From Candidatus Hecatella orcuttiae (GTDB taxonomy: Archaea; Thermoproteota; Bathyarchaeia; Hecatellales; Hecatellaceae), in the NCBI GenBank assembly GCA_002011035.2, contig MTLY02000003.1, positions 256,001 to 320,000 on the forward strand: a stretch of DNA of 64,000 bases, in the 5' to 3' direction. The position numbers were made by a program, and so were the translations under genes. Below are positions 47,530-55,994 of the stretch, piece by piece (the stretch's first letter is position 1; each line of letters opens with the position of its first letter). The notes under the pieces were generated by a model that was not told the origin of the DNA, made no database searches, and saw only the letters and a list, made by a program, of their open reading frames with translations.

Positions 47530-48417
47530 ATGGAGTATGAGAGCATCGTAAGTTGGACGCGGGGTATCATAAGCCAGTATTCCATGGCCCTCACTTTGCG
47601 GCAGATCTACTACCGGTTGATTAGCCAACATCCCAGCATCCCCAACACGAAGAGCACCTATAACATGCTCAGCAAAATCTTGGTTAAAGCCAGGGAGCGG
47701 GGCGACATTCCTGAAGACGTCATCGAGGATCGGAGCAGGGAAACGATAGGCGGCGAAGGGTGGACATGGGACAGCCCCGACGACTTTCTTGAATACGTTA
47801 TGGAGGATTTCTCCTCCAAGTGGATGAGCTACAGTCGAAGCCTATGGGCTAGTCAACCTTGCTATGTGGAAGTTTGGGTGGAGAAAGACGCTCTTTCCCG
47901 GATAATCAGCGACGCTGTGGACGGTTTTAGGGTTAGAACTGCACCGAGCCGGGGCTATTCAAGCTTCACCTACGTGAGGGATGCGGTGAAACGGTTTGAA
48001 GGCTTACCCAACCGGTGGGTCGTAATATTGCATTTCTCGGACCATGACCCCAGCGGCTTGGATATGACAAGGGACCTTCAGGAGCGCTTTGACAGGTACG
48101 GTAACGGCCTCGAAATCCACGTGGAAAGGGTGGCCCTAACCTATGAACAAGTTCAAAAATACGGTTTGCCGCCAAACCCCACCAAGCGGGCGGACACCCG
48201 AAGCAAGGGCTACATCAGCCGATATGGGGATGGGTGCTGGGAGCTTGACGCCATAGAGCCTGACGAGCTTCAGCGGATGGTTAGAGCATCGGTGGCGAAG
48301 CACATCGTTCCCGAAGTTTGGAAGGGAGCTGTGGATAGGGAGGAGCAGGAGCGGGAACGTTTGAGGGTGAAATTTGAGGAATTCACCCGGCTTTTGAAGG
48401 GGAACGACCATGACTAG
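47530..48417 (+). CDS. TopoVI-A/Spo11-like TOPRIM protein (Mini-A-like)
   Basis: LTLRQIYYRL, VEVWVEKDAL, SRGYSS, HFSDHDPSG, ERVALT, WELDA. Confidence 0.78.
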   Translation: MEYESIVSWTRGIISQYSMALTLRQIYYRLISQHPSIPNTKSTYNMLSKILVKARERGDIPEDVIEDRSRETIGGEGWTWDSPDDFLEYVMEDFSSKWMSYSRSLWASQPCYVEVWVEKDALSRIISDAVDGFRVRTAPSRGYSSFTYVRDAVKRFEGLPNRWVVILHFSDHDPSGLDMTRDLQERFDRYGNGLEIHVERVALTYEQVQKYGLPPNPTKRADTRSKGYISRYGDGCWELDAIEPDELQRMVRASVAKHIVPEVWKGAVDREEQERERLRVKFEEFTRLLKGNDHD

Positions 48418-49939
48418 TTTTTACTATGACCATTTTATCCCCTACGTTCAAAATAAGGTGAAGTGGGATGATCCCCTAGTTGACACCATCGCCAGGGTGG
48501 GTTTCTCCGCCTTCACCGACAATCCTTTAAACCTGTTTTTGAAGGGCCCCTCCAGTATTGGCAAGTCATATATTGTGAAGCATACCTTAGCTGCTTTCCC
48601 AAAGAAATGTAAATGGAACTTAGGGGGGATAAGTCCCAAGGCTCTAATCCACGACCCAAGGGCTGTTTTGGTCGATGAGGAGGGCAACATCCTCGAGCCC
48701 CCCACTGTTTCCAAGAAAGATGGCCCTGAAGCTTGGGAGGAATATAAAAGCAAGTTAAAACGCAGCCGGTATCTGATAGATCTTAAAAATGTTATTCTAA
48801 CTTTCCTTGAAAGCCCAAGCGAAGACACCTTCAACATGCTGAGGCCTATCCTAAGCCATGATGAAGTGGAAATAGAATACCGCATAGCCCCAAGAGGGCA
48901 AAGTGAGACTCATACCAAGAATATTGTGGTGAAAAACTGGCCTGCCATGATCTGTGCTACGACAGACAAGGATTATTTAGAGGACTTGGCCACCCGGAGC
49001 ATAACCGTAACCCCGAATGAATCCATTGAAAAATTCGCCGAAGCGCATAAAGTCACCGCGAAAAAGTATAGCATGCCCTCTTTACCCCAAGAGGACCTAG
49101 AATTTAAAGCTATCCGGGACTGGATAGCTCAAAAAATAGGTTCCGGCGTAAATGTTGTTTCCCCTCAGGCTGAAATGGTGGCTGTGTGGTTTCCCCACAA
49201 TTTAGCCCGAGACATGAGGGACTTCGACAAATACCTGAGCTTCGTAATTGGCAATTGCATCATACACGAGGAAGACAGGCCTAAGATTCGAATCAACAAG
49301 CTATGGGAGTTCACCATCACAACTTTGGATGATTTCTTGGCGATCGACCGTTTTTGGAGCCAAATTATCAAAACTACCCGGATGGGGATCTCCGCTGGGG
49401 CCATCGAACTATATGAGAAGGTCCTTATTCCCCTTAGTGAGGAAGGCATTAATCTTAACACAATAACCATACGTGAAAGGTATTCCGAAGTTTTCAAAAA
49501 ACCCATAGCTCCCTCCAACCTTTCAGGCAAACTGAAAGAGCTTCTAAATTTGAACTTGATCGAAGAGGCGACCGACGAGGCGGACCGTAGAAGAAAGCGG
49601 TATATCCTCATAGACAGTGATAAGGCTGAAAATGTTTCAAATTACTTCAGTAATCGATTGGTGGGCTTATTTGACCAAGACATCCTCAATATGTGGTTAG
49701 ATTCTCTAAAAAATTATTTCACGCAAAAAGGACTTTGTAAAGAATCATTCAACTACGAGTTCATCTACAAAGGTGATGTTATAAAAACTGAATTTTTGCT
49801 GAAATATCTTAACTCTTTCAATTTAGTTCAAAAAACCAATTCAAGCTTAGAAATTAAATCAAAAAACGAAATGAAACATTCTGAAGGAAATCTCGAAACA
49901 CTTCAAATTAAAACTTTTAGGGAGGCTGAAACTGGTTGA
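48410..49939 (+). CDS. P-loop ATPase (putative replicative helicase) with C-terminal wHTH
   Basis: NLFLKGPSSIGKS, LRPILSHD, ICATT, LATRS, LKELLNLNLI..DEADRRRK. Confidence 0.7.
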   Translation: MTSFYYDHFIPYVQNKVKWDDPLVDTIARVGFSAFTDNPLNLFLKGPSSIGKSYIVKHTLAAFPKKCKWNLGGISPKALIHDPRAVLVDEEGNILEPPTVSKKDGPEAWEEYKSKLKRSRYLIDLKNVILTFLESPSEDTFNMLRPILSHDEVEIEYRIAPRGQSETHTKNIVVKNWPAMICATTDKDYLEDLATRSITVTPNESIEKFAEAHKVTAKKYSMPSLPQEDLEFKAIRDWIAQKIGSGVNVVSPQAEMVAVWFPHNLARDMRDFDKYLSFVIGNCIIHEEDRPKIRINKLWEFTITTLDDFLAIDRFWSQIIKTTRMGISAGAIELYEKVLIPLSEEGINLNTITIRERYSEVFKKPIAPSNLSGKLKELLNLNLIEEATDEADRRRKRYILIDSDKAENVSNYFSNRLVGLFDQDILNMWLDSLKNYFTQKGLCKESFNYEFIYKGDVIKTEFLLKYLNSFNLVQKTNSSLEIKSKNEMKHSEGNLETLQIKTFREAETG

Positions 49940-50106
49940 AGTGTCCCATCCTGCCAAATCACAGTACAGACATCGACGGGCGTTGCTCAAGGGAAGCCTT
50001 CTGCCGGTATGCCCGCCTCCCAGAGTGTCCGCGCCGCCGCGGCAGAGCAAGGGAGGGAAAGCCGTAGTGGCCTCCCTTTTTCATGTTCACGTTCATGGTG
50101 TAAAAG

Positions 50107-50319
50107 ATGAAGAGAAAGAAAACCCTCCAAACTGAGGAAGCGGTTCCGAGCTACGCCGCAGATGGCCCCTGGCCATTCCCTTGGGTGTCCATCAGACTGG
50201 AAAGTGAAGGCGAGGCCTTCAACATCACCCTGCACACCCTCGTTTCCGTCGACGCCATGGCAAAAAGCGTTGAGAAAATCGCCGACGAGTTGAGGAAGTT
50301 GAGGGGCTTGAAAATATGA
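50107..50319 (+). CDS. Hypothetical protein
   Basis: 70 aa; stop overlaps next ATG. Confidence 0.55.
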   Translation: MKRKKTLQTEEAVPSYAADGPWPFPWVSIRLESEGEAFNITLHTLVSVDAMAKSVEKIADELRKLRGLKI

Positions 50320-53300
50320 GCCAACAGGAAGCCCAAAAGAAAAACGGCGAACCCTTAACAGCCGTCGCCTACGTGGACACTTCCAAACTCCCCAAAGGTT
50401 ACCGGTGGTCAGGGACACCGGGCCGGTCGGCCATTCTTACGCCCCGCGGCGTGGCGATTCCCCCGCCGGGTCCTAGAGGCTACGAAACCTACGGGTCAGC
50501 GGAAAAAGAGCAGCGAGAATTTGAACGGTTAGCCACGAAAATCGAGATCCGCGGAGGCCCCAAAGCGGGGAGAGCCGTCACCGTCACAGGCCTCGCCCCC
50601 GGCGAAACCGTGGAAGAGGCTGCCCGCCGGGCGGCTAGGGAGCATGTGAAATTGGCCACAGGCAGAGAGCCTAGGGTCCAAATCGTCTACGGAGCCCGGG
50701 TGGCTGCGAGAGGCGGGAGAAGGGTGGTTGAACCCGTAGCGGGGATAGTCCAACCCACTGGCGTACCCGTGTTCGCCTTGAAAGCTGAACTCACCCCGAA
50801 AGCCAAACGGGAAGTCGAAGCCTTCCTAGCGGGAACCCCCTACAAGGAGCCGGAGTTGAGGGAAACACCGGAAGGCGTCGAACTAGCCTACAAGGTGGAG
50901 GAGCCCGGTGAAACCTATTGGGTGGTGGAAGGCTATCCTGAGCGGCGGTTTGCCACCGAGGCGGAAGCCCGAGCCTTCGCCGAACTGGTATCAGGCCCAA
51001 GAGCCGAATTGGCAGCGGACCTAGGAGGCAGGGAGGGGGCGATCCCCCTAGCCCCCGGCATCTTCAAAACCATCGAGGACACCGTGTTCGACCCCGACGC
51101 GCCCATCCTAGGTTATGTGGAAATTCCCCGCAAACCTTTGGCTGTTCACCCCCTCGGAGCCTACCCGGCTCCCTTCACCACTTACAGGGAAGCCCGGCCT
51201 TTTACCAGCGTTTTTGAAACCCCAACCGGGGAAACCATGGTCGAACCCGACGTCTTCGCTGAACCGCCTTCTCTGCCCAAATCCTTAACCGAGCAGCGGC
51301 TTGAGAAGCTTTTCGCCCTAGAGAAAATGCTGGGAGAGCTTGAGGGACCTCCTGAAGAGTTCGCCGCCCTCGGAGCCTACGCCATAGGGGTCCCCCCGAC
51401 CAAGGAGGAGTTTGAGGCTGTCACAGGCTACCGGCCTGAAAGGGAGGCCGCCCAGCTTCTCGGCAGGTCCATAATCGAGTATGAGAAGGCCTTCGCCGCG
51501 CCCGTCTACGGCATCACCGAGAACATCGTTAGAACCGTGGAAGACATCCACGGAGCGGTCACGGGAAGAGAGCTTTTCCCCATCCCCTATGCCGTGAGGG
51601 TGAAGGCTGCCCCTGAAGAATTCCTGTCCCTAGAAGCCCGCGCCGTCACGGGGAGGATTTCGAAGAAAGAACTGGAAGCCGTCGCCGCCTACAGGCCTGA
51701 GTTCAGGTTTGAAGTCGTCCCTGAACTTGAAAAACCCTACACGCCGAAGCCCTACGCCCCCACAGCCTTCCAAGCGGTCCTCACATCGGTTCTGGAAACT
51801 GGAAAACCCCTAGCCGAACCTCCACCTGAAGCCCTCCCAGGTTTGGGGAGGTTGGCTGTCGGCGTTCCCCCCACCGAGAAAGAACTTGAAGCCATCACCG
51901 GCTACCGCCCCACCGTTAGGCCCGTCCTTTCCAAGGAGATGCGGCGGCTGCTCAAACCTGAGATGCGGGGTTACGCGTTGGGCTCCCTTCTCTACGAGGC
52001 CGCGCTGTGGTATGGAATAAGCAAACCCTTGGAGAAAGGGCTTAGGCTCACCTCCAAAGGTATAGGCAAAATAGTTGAATATTATAGGGCTCCCTTCAGA
52101 CCAAGGGTTCCTCCCACAACCAGATACGTTGAACGAGTCCCCGGGGCCCTAGTTAAGAGGGTGGGGTATCCGAAGAGAACTCAGAAAACTTTCCGGGAAA
52201 TCCCCTATACGAGGCTTGGCGTGGAAGACCTTAAAGTGGTCCCTCCTGAAGGGTACAGGCCTCCCTTGGCTAGCCATTTACGGGTCATCGAGGTGACCGC
52301 AAAGCGGCAGGCCAAGCTTCCAGAATATTTCGTGATAACAGCCAAAGACGTAACTGATGTAATCCCATCCAAAGAGGCGGTTTCCCTATTTCCCAAAATC
52401 TTGGGGAAAACCCGTAGAATCCAAGTCCCTCCAACCCAGGCGACGGAGTTCATCTTCAGAATTAAGAAGGGCAGAATCCGGTTGGTGGCGGAGGTTCCCT
52501 CGACCATGCGCGGTGTCCCCATAGCGATGAGGCCTTGGAAGAGGGTAGGGGGTCTACAAGAAACCTTAGGCCCTAAGTTTCGATGGACCCCCGTCAAACC
52601 TAGAGCTAGGGAGATTCTGAAGATTGAAGAAGAGTTCACCAAGGAAGTAGGCTACAAACCTCGAACACCGATTCCCCCCAGCCGCCAAACCTTCCTAGCC
52701 CCGCCTCCACCGGGGAGGCCCTATGAAGCCATACCCGCCCCGCCTCCCTCGGTCATGGAGAAAGCCGTCGAAGCCGTGGACCCCTTCGCCCGGTGGTCCC
52801 CCATCCTAGCCGCCCAAGCCTACCTCCAACCCCGGGTCACGTATCCCAAGGGAACCGACATGTGGGCCCGGTTGGAGGGGAGGTTTAAACTCCCACCCGA
52901 ATACCGAACACCCACCAAGTTAGGCGTAGCCCCCACCCGCAAGCCTAAGTTTAAACCCTACCCCAAACCGTACCCCGCCATCCTCCGCATGAGAAAAAGA
53001 GGGAAACTCTTCGAAAGGGGAACCGTCGGGTTTAATGTCGACGTGGACCGCGCCTTACGCCCCTTAACAAAGATAACCCGCCAACCCGCCCGCAAACCTA
53101 AGGAGGCCCCCGCCGCCGACATCGCCCAAGAGATCTTCCCCAGGATGAGGGAGAGGCCCACCGTCGGGGTTACGCCCACTCCCCGTTTTAAGGTGGCCCC
53201 TGGGCAGAGGGTAGGCGTCATGCCCCGGCAGCTTCTCAGACAGGTTGCTGAAACTGTTCAAATGCAGGTTGAGCGCCCATGGGAGAGAAGACGGATACGC

Positions 53301-53507
53301 CGTCCTCCACCGCTGTTCCTGTTTCCCCCCCGACGTGGGAAAACTAAGAAGACACTCTTGCCTGAATGGCGCTACAAGGAATACCGACACTACATAGGCG
53401 ACCCGTTTCAGGGAATGAGGGGTCCCCTCAAAAACTTGAACGCCTTCTTGGCCGGCAAGAAGCCGGCGAAAAAGAAGGGGAAACGCAAGAAGCGGAGGAA
53501 AAGGTGA
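50316..53507 (+). CDS. Large Pro/Arg-rich protein (1063 aa) with internal repeats and basic tail
   Basis: Uninterrupted ORF coupled at both ends; GVPPT..E.EA.TGYRP repeats; KKPAKKKGKRKKRRKR tail. Confidence 0.8.
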   Translation: MSQQEAQKKNGEPLTAVAYVDTSKLPKGYRWSGTPGRSAILTPRGVAIPPPGPRGYETYGSAEKEQREFERLATKIEIRGGPKAGRAVTVTGLAPGETVEEAARRAAREHVKLATGREPRVQIVYGARVAARGGRRVVEPVAGIVQPTGVPVFALKAELTPKAKREVEAFLAGTPYKEPELRETPEGVELAYKVEEPGETYWVVEGYPERRFATEAEARAFAELVSGPRAELAADLGGREGAIPLAPGIFKTIEDTVFDPDAPILGYVEIPRKPLAVHPLGAYPAPFTTYREARPFTSVFETPTGETMVEPDVFAEPPSLPKSLTEQRLEKLFALEKMLGELEGPPEEFAALGAYAIGVPPTKEEFEAVTGYRPEREAAQLLGRSIIEYEKAFAAPVYGITENIVRTVEDIHGAVTGRELFPIPYAVRVKAAPEEFLSLEARAVTGRISKKELEAVAAYRPEFRFEVVPELEKPYTPKPYAPTAFQAVLTSVLETGKPLAEPPPEALPGLGRLAVGVPPTEKELEAITGYRPTVRPVLSKEMRRLLKPEMRGYALGSLLYEAALWYGISKPLEKGLRLTSKGIGKIVEYYRAPFRPRVPPTTRYVERVPGALVKRVGYPKRTQKTFREIPYTRLGVEDLKVVPPEGYRPPLASHLRVIEVTAKRQAKLPEYFVITAKDVTDVIPSKEAVSLFPKILGKTRRIQVPPTQATEFIFRIKKGRIRLVAEVPSTMRGVPIAMRPWKRVGGLQETLGPKFRWTPVKPRAREILKIEEEFTKEVGYKPRTPIPPSRQTFLAPPPPGRPYEAIPAPPPSVMEKAVEAVDPFARWSPILAAQAYLQPRVTYPKGTDMWARLEGRFKLPPEYRTPTKLGVAPTRKPKFKPYPKPYPAILRMRKRGKLFERGTVGFNVDVDRALRPLTKITRQPARKPKEAPAADIAQEIFPRMRERPTVGVTPTPRFKVAPGQRVGVMPRQLLRQVAETVQMQVERPWERRRIRRPPPLFLFPPRRGKTKKTLLPEWRYKEYRHYIGDPFQGMRGPLKNLNAFLAGKKPAKKKGKRKKRRKR

Positions 53508-53746
53508 TGGTGTCGAAGAGGTTGGTTAAAATCACCCTCCGAGCCCGCAGGAAGGGGCCCCCTGTTTGCCGGTACTGCCATCGACCCCTCCAGCCTAGGG
53601 AACGGGCCTGGAGGTATGTCACCCGATATGGCGTCGTCTACGCTTGCCCAACCTGTGAGGAAAACCCGGTCATCACCCCTGTGCTCCCCGTTCCCCGCAA
53701 AAAGAAACCCGTTCAGGTGGAACTACCGCTTGGAAGGCCCTCTTAA
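53507..53746 (+). CDS. Zn-finger protein
   Basis: CRYC..CPTC; ATG overlaps upstream TGA. Confidence 0.65.
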   Translation: MVSKRLVKITLRARRKGPPVCRYCHRPLQPRERAWRYVTRYGVVYACPTCEENPVITPVLPVPRKKKPVQVELPLGRPS

Positions 53747-54068
53747 AGCCCAAGAGGAAAGGCTGCGGAGAGAGTTGCGGAGGCTTGAACGCAGCCTAGG
53801 CCTAGTTCCAGGTGAGTTACGCCTAGAATGGATGCCGACGGAAGACGGAAAAGAAAACGACGGTGAAGTGAAAGGGGGAACTGTCCGCATTTATGCTAAA
53901 GATTTTAAAAAGGCCAAACAGACCCTCAAACATGAGTTAGTGGACTTGGTCCTGTCAAGGTATGAGCAGCCTTGGAGGGACTTGGCTTTCACCCTTCTTG
54001 AAAACTTCACCAAGTCCCAATATCGACGAAAGGAGGCTTTGGTCGAACGGCTTTGCAACCTAATTTAG
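53730..54068 (+). CDS. Hypothetical protein (metallopeptidase-like fold possible)
   Basis: TTG start after AGGTGG; GEVKGGTVRIY..TLKHELVD. Confidence 0.6.
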   Translation: MEGPLKAQEERLRRELRRLERSLGLVPGELRLEWMPTEDGKENDGEVKGGTVRIYAKDFKKAKQTLKHELVDLVLSRYEQPWRDLAFTLLENFTKSQYRRKEALVERLCNLI

Positions 54069-54156
54069 GCGGAAAGGCGGCCCTCCAAAAAGGGCCAAGG
54101 GTCGGCCTCCCTTTTCCCTTGGTTTGGCCATGGCCCACCGCCCCGCAAACAAGGAG

Positions 54157-55065
54157 ATGGTGAAACTGGAAGTGGTTGAAGAGGAGGTTGAAGAGGAAAA
54201 GGGCTTAGCCGCCGCCAGCCTCTTCCGGCAAGCCTATAAGAACCATGGCTACGTGCAGCTTTTCATCATCGGCCCCCAAGGCGTAGGCAAGACCACCTAC
54301 TCCTTGCAAATAGCTTGGGAAGTCTACCGGAGCCTCCACCCGCAACTAACCGACCAAGAAGTTTGGGACCTAGTCTTAGACCGGCTTTTCTTCGACGTTC
54401 GCCCTTCCATCGCCCTGTTCCGGTGGGCTCGGCAACACGGCAAACGCATCCCCCTGGTAATCTACGATGACGTAGGCGTCCACCTGTCCAAGTACACTCC
54501 GTTTCAGAAGGGAGGCTACGGGGTGGTGAAGGCTGTGGCCTCTCTCTTCGACACCATAAGAACCATCTGTAACGGTGTGATCATCACCAGCCCTAAGCTT
54601 CACAGCATAAAAGCGGTGCAGGAGCTTTCCTGGTACAAGGCTAAAATCTTCAAAACCGATGACGGCCTAATCCGCCAAGCTAAGGTTTGGGAGTACACCG
54701 AGGAAGTGTGGGGGGACCCTTGGCATTCATGCATAATAACGGATGACTTCTACCTGTGGCTCCCTCCCGACGTGAGAAAACGCTATGAAGAAAAACGAGG
54801 GGAAACCGTCGACGCCATCTTGGATGAGTGTGAACGAGCCCTAACCAAGACTCCGAGATATACTTTAAATTGCTGTGAAGTATATGAGCTATACCGGGAA
54901 TGTGGTAACTTGAGAGAAACAGCTAGAAGGTTGAATAAGCCTTATTCAACCATCCAGGGAGCCTTAGACCGCCACCGCCGACACACAGGGATGAACGACG
55001 ACGCCTCAAGGGTTTATGGTAATGCTCCCGGAAAAATCCACATTCCTGAAGAATCAAAAAATTGA
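54157..55065 (+). CDS. SSV1 B251-like ATPase with C-terminal HTH
   Basis: GPQGVGKTTY, LFFD, RIPLVIYDDVGVHLSKY, IRT..GVIITSP; NLRETARRLNKPYSTIQ HTH. Confidence 0.78.
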   Translation: MVKLEVVEEEVEEEKGLAAASLFRQAYKNHGYVQLFIIGPQGVGKTTYSLQIAWEVYRSLHPQLTDQEVWDLVLDRLFFDVRPSIALFRWARQHGKRIPLVIYDDVGVHLSKYTPFQKGGYGVVKAVASLFDTIRTICNGVIITSPKLHSIKAVQELSWYKAKIFKTDDGLIRQAKVWEYTEEVWGDPWHSCIITDDFYLWLPPDVRKRYEEKRGETVDAILDECERALTKTPRYTLNCCEVYELYRECGNLRETARRLNKPYSTIQGALDRHRRHTGMNDDASRVYGNAPGKIHIPEESKN

Positions 55066-55077
55066 ATATGCTACGTT

Positions 55078-55186
55078 GGGGCCGTGGGCTAGCCTGGTCT
55101 ATGCTTGGTGGCTTGGGCCCACCAGATCGCCGGTTCAAAAGGGCGCAGGCGAAGGCTGAGCCCTGAAACTCCGGCCGGCCCCACCA
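55078..55186 (+). tRNA. tRNA-Pro(UGG) with 30-nt intron at 59/60 (55140-55169); 5' end is attR
   Basis: Acceptor GGGGCCG/CGGCCCC-ACCA; anticodon TGG 55114-55116; strict BHB with TTCA/TGAA helix and AAA/ACT bulges. Confidence 0.95.
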
Positions 55187-55254
55187 CAGAGCTGAAGTTT
55201 TCCAAGCCTAGGCCCAAAAAACTTTAAGGTTCAGGGCGGCTCTGATCTAATCGC

Positions 55255-55407
55255 GCCGGGGTCGCCTAGAAGCACCCCTAAAGGGTGTTGGGAAACCTGG
55301 TAGGGCGCAGTTCCCGCGCGAAGGGAGCCCAAGCCTGCTAACCGGCTGAGGCAGCGAGTCTGTGGCTCGTTGGAGCCTCATGGGTTCAAATCCCATCCCC
55401 GGCGCCA
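55255..55407 (+). tRNA. tRNA-Ser(GCU) with three introns (55270-55295, 55311-55332, 55341-55356)
   Basis: Removing three BHB-like inserts gives a full cloverleaf: GCCGGGG/CCCCGGC, CAGGC-CTGCTAA-GTCTG, long variable arm GGCTC/GAGCC, ATGGG-TTCAAAT-CCCAT. Confidence 0.9.
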
Positions 55408-55477
55408 CCAACCCCACCCCTGAGGGTTGCAGCCGGGCAGCCGGCTTGCTGTCTGTTTCTGTCTCTCCAAAAAAAAA

Positions 55478-55509
55478 GCTATACCATATTTGGCCAAATA
55501 TGGTATAGC
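55478..55509. repeat. Perfect 32-bp palindrome
   Basis: GCTATACCATATTTGGCCAAATATGGTATAGC equals its reverse complement. Confidence 0.95.
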
Positions 55510-55533
55510 CGGCGTGGGGGTTCTTCCAAGGGC

Positions 55534-55821
55534 TCAGCTTATCTTCGCGGGTTTAAACCTAGGAAGTCTGATGGACTGGTAGGTTCTTTTCCCAACCCAG
55601 CTGGAGAGCAGAACTCTGGTGCTGACCCTGTCCCTCACCGTCCGGTATCCGAGGATGAGGGTTACCTTCCCGTTTTCATGCCGGCAGGAAAAGATTTTAG
55701 CGTGGCGCTTCAGTCTGCAGGTAAGCCTGTAGAGTTCAGCTAAGCCTATGGAGGGGAAAACCTCCTTCCAAACCTCCAGTTTCTCCCGAACCTTCCTCCG
55801 GAGGCTGGGCTTCCGAGACAT
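55534..55821 (-). CDS. Small basic hypothetical protein
   Basis: 95-aa ATG ORF with TTATAA about 30 nt upstream. Confidence 0.5.
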   Translation of the reverse strand: MSRKPSLRRKVREKLEVWKEVFPSIGLAELYRLTCRLKRHAKIFSCRHENGKVTLILGYRTVRDRVSTRVLLSSWVGKRTYQSIRLPRFKPAKIS

Positions 55822-55994
55822 GGGTAACCGAAGCTTATACCCCTCCGAGGCTTATAAGTTGCTATTTAACACCTGTAAAACACTCGGCCGAAAAGGTTCC
55901 TGAAAGCTCGCAGGGAAGGGAAACGTTTAATTTCGTTCCCCGCCCACTATAAGGTCCAGTTGGCAGCGGAGCCAAAACTGGAAGTGAAAGCCCC

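Larger units (their letters stand above)
42273..55098. mobile_element. Integrated element 2 (virus/plasmid-like, ~12.8 kb) in tRNA-Pro(UGG)
   Basis: Identical 21-bp direct repeats at both ends; integrase next to the left repeat; B251-like ATPase. Confidence 0.92.
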
